From positions 3,488,001-3,552,000 of the forward strand of contig CAVQMM010000001.1 in the NCBI GenBank assembly GCA_963713615.1: 64,000 bases of DNA, given 5' to 3'. The DNA is from an uncultured Chlamydiae bacterium (GTDB lineage: Bacteria; Chlamydiota; Chlamydiia; Chlamydiales; JAJFMA01). The position numbers and the translations under genes are program-made. Positions 59,461-64,000 of the stretch are shown here, in pieces. The stretch's first letter is position 1, and every line of letters starts with the position of its first letter. The notes under the pieces were generated by a model. That model saw nothing but the letters and a program-made list of their open reading frames with translations. It was not told where the DNA came from and ran no database searches.

Positions 59461-59483
59461 AAACACTTAACAGGGCATTTATC

Positions 59484-60260
59484 ATGCAAAATCAGTCCGA
59501 ACTTCGTATTTGTCTAGATATCGGTAGCGTTCGACACTATGTAGCCATAGGCTTGTCCACAGGAGAACGCATCGATGGATTTTATCTAAACCACACTTCT
59601 GAAGACATTGAGCAGTTTTTTGAGAAAATTGAGAAGCTTAGAATTTCCTATAACATGCCTGTTGTCATGGCTATGGAGGGGTTTAATGGCTATGCTAGAC
59701 CCATCGATAGATATGCTCTTGATCACGGATATTCTTTGTATAGTGTCAACAACATGAAATTGGCTAGATTTAAGGAAGTTTTTCCTGGTCCAGCCAAAAC
59801 AGATCCAATTGACGCTTGGGCTATTTTTAGCTTGTTTCAAGTTCAAGAGACCTTACCGTTGGCAAAAAATATTCTGCAGAAAGTAGAGCCTCCACCGGTA
59901 TGCAACGAGCAACTTAAACATATTTCAAGGCGTCGTAGAGAGTTGGTAAAAGAAAAGACAAGAATCATAAATCGACTTCAAGGGGATCTACAGGCTGTTT
60001 GCCCCGGTCTACTGTCTATTACAAAAAATCCAGCAAATCTTTGGTTTCTACGATTTCTTGCTTCGAAGGAAGACATGACCATGTTGCTTCGAATGCAAAA
60101 AAGAAGCCTGTTGCAAATCAAGGGCGTTGGAGAGGTTTATGCAGAGGAAATTCAGAAATGGCAAAAGACGGCTAAGTTCTCTTCAAAGGTTGAGTGGATA
60201 GGAAAATTAATAGTACGAGATGTCAGAAGGCTACTCGAGATGCTAGATGAAATAGCGCAG
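59484..60260 (+). pseudogene. IS110 recombinase, N-terminal part
   Basis: CLDIGS, AMEG, KTDPIDA (DEDD RuvC-like); ends ...LDEIAQ at the IS21 TSD. Confidence 0.92.
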
Positions 60261-60552
60261 TGTACGGCGACAGCGATGATGGCACCTCGGCGACACGCAG
60301 TTGGCACCTTCCATCACCGCCCGGCGTCAGCGAGTTGGCACCTTCCATCACCGACTGACGACAACCTCCTGGCACCTCCTCCATCACCGACCCGCGACAC
60401 GCGGTTGGCACCTCCCATCACCGCCCGACGACAGTCGGTTGGCACCTAAAAACAGGCCAGAATCACCCGGGCCCAGATCCTTCTCGTCTGAAGTCCTTCC
60501 AGCCCGGTCCATACCCGCAGGGCGAGTATGGACCATCTGTTCTAACTTCTTC

Positions 60553-60921
60553 TCAGATCACTGGATCGTCTCCGATAGTCTTTCTAGTGCTACCCTCCAG
60601 AGCCTCCAAGTCTTCCTCCAATTTTGCATGAAAGGCATAGATCTGTTCCAGATATTCTGCAACAAGTTCTCTAAAACGTCTACGTAGATCTTCCTCCAAG
60701 CCAGCTACTAGGGCCAATAGCTGAAAAATCCCTTCTCGCACCTCTAAAGATGGGGCCACATAAGTCCTGTCTCCACTTAGGGCGTTTTCTATTGAGCTAT
60801 CGGCTCTACGCTCAAGCTCAGCCACCGCATTTCGTAAATCCTCAACCAAAGCCCTACTGAGAAGTATTTCTGAATGATGTTTCATGTTTACCTCGAATCT
60901 TGTATTTCTTGATTCATGCAA
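60553..60921 (-). CDS. Helical hypothetical protein carried inside IS21
   Basis: ORF downstream of istB; GAGG precedes an internal ATG (MKHHSEILL...). Confidence 0.55.
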   Translation of the reverse strand: MHESRNTRFEVNMKHHSEILLSRALVEDLRNAVAELERRADSSIENALSGDRTYVAPSLEVREGIFQLLALVAGLEEDLRRRFRELVAEYLEQIYAFHAKLEEDLEALEGSTRKTIGDDPVI

Positions 60922-61712
60922 GTACTCAATGTTTTCGCCCGATCCTGGTCGGTCACACTGGCTCTTGCTTTAGCTGACAAGCTGTTCCTGCGATAACTTT
61001 CGCCGTTGATCTGGATAATTTGAGCGTCATGTACCAGCCTGTCTATTGCGGCCACCGCCATAGCTTTATCTTGAAATATGTTGGTCCATTCACTGAATGG
61101 CTGATTACATGTTATGATCAGGCTCTTTCGCTCATATCGCTCTGAGATCAGCTCAAAGAGAACATTTGTTTCCATGAGATCCTTGTTGGCATAGCCAAAA
61201 TCGTCTAAAATCAAACAATCATATTTATCCAGCTTTGCTAGCGTTGTCGGTAGCGTCAGGGCCTGTTTTGAGGCTTGAAGCCTTTGAATGAGCTCGGTGG
61301 TACGCATGAACAAAACACGGAACTTGTGCTCTAAGAGTCCCGCTCCAATTGCAGCTGCCAGATGTGTTTTACCAACTCCTGAGGGGCCAAAAATCAGAAT
61401 GTTTCTGCCCTCGCGTAGCCAGTTCCCACCTGAGGCTAATGTACAAATCAACGTCTTATTGAGCGATGTCACTTTGAAGTCGAAGTCTGTAAGTGTTTTA
61501 CCTAGGGGCAGGCAGGATTCCTTCAGGTGCCTGATCATACGACGATCCGTTCTTCCTGTTAATTCGTGTTCACACAAGACTTTCAGGCATTTGGCGCTTC
61601 CCCACCCTTCAAGGTCCGCTTGATGACTCATTTCTTCCCACAAAGCGGCCATTGTTGGCAGGCGAAGCTGCTTGAGTAGTATCGGTAGTACTGCTTCTTC
61701 TTTTGTAACCAT
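60888..61712 (-). CDS. istB: IS21 helper ATPase IstB
   Basis: LKQLRLPTM, GPSGVGKTHLA, LILDDFGY, AAIDRLVH, GESYR. Confidence 0.96.
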   Translation of the reverse strand: MVTKEEAVLPILLKQLRLPTMAALWEEMSHQADLEGWGSAKCLKVLCEHELTGRTDRRMIRHLKESCLPLGKTLTDFDFKVTSLNKTLICTLASGGNWLREGRNILIFGPSGVGKTHLAAAIGAGLLEHKFRVLFMRTTELIQRLQASKQALTLPTTLAKLDKYDCLILDDFGYANKDLMETNVLFELISERYERKSLIITCNQPFSEWTNIFQDKAMAVAAIDRLVHDAQIIQINGESYRRNSLSAKARASVTDQDRAKTLSTCMNQEIQDSR

Positions 61713-61728
61713 GAATCTTCTCCTAAAT

Positions 61729-63225
61729 TTATAATGTGGCGTGCTTTAACAGCTCGTCGTATGAGCCAAGATCGTGTTGTTCAATCTCTACCAGAGGGAC
61801 AACGTGCTTCGCTTCCTTAAAGTGTTGCTGTAGCTCTTCAAAGCTTGGTATGCGTTGCTCGTTTAGTGCCTTTCGAAGCTCGGCTGCAATTTGTTGCTGG
61901 TGACCGTCTGCAGCCAGCTTTAAGATCCTCACCATTTCCTTACATGCCATACGCTCATCAAGCCGCGCATCCAGTAACACCCAAGCCTGGCGAAATTCAT
62001 CGCTGGGAAATAAATCATCTCTAAAGATGTAGTGTCGAAACGCTTGAGGCTTGCGGACAAGCTCAGGAATGACATGGCGATAGTCGATGTTTCTTGGGCG
62101 AGGACCCGTCTTGCTCCAACGTAATCGCGGAAAAGTAATGATATGAGAGGCTGCATGAAAACACTCTAATCGGTCGTCATGAACGTGTACCGTTAACGTA
62201 TGACCTATCAAGCGCGAAGGCACTGCATAATATGCCTGTCGTACGGTTATGATGCCCGTGGTAGGAACACCGACGTTTTCTATATCGTGACTGCCTACCT
62301 TATGTTTTGGGAGAGGCTTTAGGTGCTTTCGTTCTTCAGCTACTTCAGCCTGACGTCGCGAATTGTCACTTTTAACAATTTCATCGACAAAGTTTCGATA
62401 CTCTTGCAGTGAGGAAAAGTCTCTAGAACCCCTCAGGCGCAGCTTTTGATCGATTTTATTTTTAAGATGTCTGTGCGAACTTTCAATACTGCCATTTTCA
62501 TGCTTTACTCCTTTATTGTTTCGCGTGGGCTTTACATCATAGTGTGCGCACATTTCATTGTACGCGTTTGTAAGGTCCTCTCTTGCTGATTCATTTAGAT
62601 TTTTATATGCCGCTGAAAGACTATCGGTACGATGGGTTTCAGGTACCCCACCTAGCTCCCATAACGCATTTTGAAAACCTGCAGAGAGAGCTACATGGGA
62701 CTCTCCTCCCAGAATGACAAAGGCATATGCCCAGCCGCTGAATGGAACCCTGAAATGATACAGCAAATGAGGAAGCGAAGTACCCTCTATTGTTACATGC
62801 AGTTCATCGCAGTTGGTAAAGTCAGAAATGCCCTGAAAACCGGGAGGGTGGTTTTGCCGAAAGATCCGTTCCTTCTCCCTTCCATGGAGTGCTTTCCATT
62901 GCCGAACCCTTCTTTGTAGGGTTCTAAGTAGGCTGTCGGGATATTCCTGTGGATAGCGTTCCTGAAGATCCCGCATTAAGGTAATGGGCGTTAGGAACGG
63001 ATCTCTTTCCAACAGGGGAACTAACTCGGTCCTCCAGACTTTCGCGAAAGGGTCTGATGAAGATCCAGATTTGGAGCGATACTCCTTGATATGAGTGCCT
63101 TTCTCGAAGCGCTTAGCGCTTCGCGTACTAATACCCGCTTTGGCAGCGGCAGTGGCCTGCATGCTGCCACCGTTTCTAATTTGCATATACAACCTCAATT
63201 GTTCTTTCGTAATTCTATTTGACAT
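61729..63225 (-). CDS. istA: IS21 transposase IstA
   Basis: RTLQRRVRQW, QGISDFT, HRTDSLSAA, HENGSIES, YAVPSRLIG. Confidence 0.96.
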   Translation of the reverse strand: MSNRITKEQLRLYMQIRNGGSMQATAAAKAGISTRSAKRFEKGTHIKEYRSKSGSSSDPFAKVWRTELVPLLERDPFLTPITLMRDLQERYPQEYPDSLLRTLQRRVRQWKALHGREKERIFRQNHPPGFQGISDFTNCDELHVTIEGTSLPHLLYHFRVPFSGWAYAFVILGGESHVALSAGFQNALWELGGVPETHRTDSLSAAYKNLNESAREDLTNAYNEMCAHYDVKPTRNNKGVKHENGSIESSHRHLKNKIDQKLRLRGSRDFSSLQEYRNFVDEIVKSDNSRRQAEVAEERKHLKPLPKHKVGSHDIENVGVPTTGIITVRQAYYAVPSRLIGHTLTVHVHDDRLECFHAASHIITFPRLRWSKTGPRPRNIDYRHVIPELVRKPQAFRHYIFRDDLFPSDEFRQAWVLLDARLDERMACKEMVRILKLAADGHQQQIAAELRKALNEQRIPSFEELQQHFKEAKHVVPLVEIEQHDLGSYDELLKHATL

Positions 63226-63531
63226 CCTAACTCTCGCTTAAGTTTGGGGACGTCAGCATTCTAAATGCTCTCTTGCAAGCTCCCAAGAAAGGACTGAAAG
63301 ATTTGAGGGATTGGGCCGTTGATTCTGGCCTGTTTTTAGGTGCCAACCGACTGTCGTCGGGCGGTGATGGGAGGTGCCAACCGCGTGTCGCGGGTCGGTG
63401 ATGGAGGAGGTGCCAGGAGGTTGTCGTCAGTCGGTGATGGAAGGTGCCAACTCGCTGACGCCGGGCGGTGATGGAAGGTGCCAACTGCGTGTCGCCGAGG
63501 TGCCATCATCACTGTCGCCGTACAAGCGCAG

Positions 63532-63951
63532 TTGGAGGTATTGATAGAGGGTTTGATCCCACAATCCAAGATAGCATCTCGGATTGAATCTATTCCTGGA
63601 TATGGTTCCATTTGTGCCGCAGAACTCGCTGGAGAGATTGGTAGTATCGATCGGTTTAAGTCGGAAGCTAGTCTAGCGCTCTACTTGGGAATAGGAATTC
63701 TGAACAAGAGTTCTGGCCAATATGAGGGGTCTCGATCGCCTCGAAATATTAACTGGAGGGGAAAGGGAGCTATGATGACCGGAGCTGCTCGACATATACA
63801 ACTATGTGATGAGGCTGCACAGTACTACAAGAAGAAGAGAGCAGAGGGAAAAAAACATAACCAAGCAGTACGAGCATTTGCCCGTCATATGATAAGAGTA
63901 ATATGGTCGATACTCATACATGACAGGGATTACCGTCAGAAGGAAGACTGA
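63532..63951 (+). pseudogene. IS110 recombinase, C-terminal part
   Basis: LEVLIE...SIPGYG...GEIGSIDRF...NKSSGQ...GKKHNQAVRAFAR; rejoins the N-terminal part in frame if IS21 and one TSD are removed. Confidence 0.92.
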
Positions 63952-64000
63952 GTTAGTTTAGCAAACGGGCTTTGTTCTGTTTGGCCTGAATGAACAAGGT

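Larger units (their letters stand above)
60261..63524 (-). mobile_element. IS21-family element, 3264 bp
   Basis: TG...CA ends, 7-bp TSD AGCGCAG (60254-60260 and 63525-63531), istA-istB, 205-bp TIRs. Confidence 0.95.
59221..64000 (+). mobile_element. IS110-family element (right end beyond the window), containing an IS21 insertion
   Basis: About 260-bp non-coding leader followed by a split DEDD recombinase gene. Confidence 0.88.

Noticed and set aside
60268..60447. CRISPR-like periodic repeats (also 63338-63517)
   Set aside because: The period is only about 34-36 bp with no spacer-length unique sequence, no cas genes are present, and the array is mirrored at both IS21 ends; these are transposase-binding repeats.
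59484..60449. 321-aa ORF read as a complete protein with a repetitive tail (and 63478-63951 as a separate gene)
   Set aside because: The tail is read-through into the IS21 end; the two ORFs are halves of one IS110 gene.

Overview
Accessory, repeat-dense bacterial region. Eukaryote-like and HAF/Inc-type proteins suggest an environmental Chlamydiae-like host-associated organism (inference only). (1) 1-13.5 kb: an IS66 element, then a 10,473-bp integrative island bounded by two 3' fragments of tRNA-Leu(UAA). The island carries a tyrosine integrase, a putative excisionase and a dense set of toxin-antitoxin modules. Each tRNA fragment is followed by a conserved multi-hairpin element. (2) 14-33 kb: metabolic/stress cargo (DHFR-like, dinB, MazG, methyltransferase, VapBC, GrpB-GNAT, SDR, an amino-acid-permease/histidine-kinase fusion with its receiver, amidohydrolase, VOC). 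(3) 33-58 kb: outer-membrane proteins, an Ntn hydrolase, Dus, and effector-like genes (tandem PI4K-like kinase/pseudokinase, GT34, GT92, a mitochondrial-carrier-family protein coupled to an MFS gene, GT2). (4) 58.5-64 kb: a nested stack in which a MITE is interrupted by an IS110 element, itself split by an IS21 with 205-bp terminal inverted repeats. At least five families of non-autonomous elements occur, four with readable target-site duplications. Two observations stand out. One is a nested MITE/REP system with evidence for repeated site-specific insertion. The other is an IS110 leader that folds into a bridge-RNA-like loop whose two guide segments match the REP palindrome into which the element is inserted.
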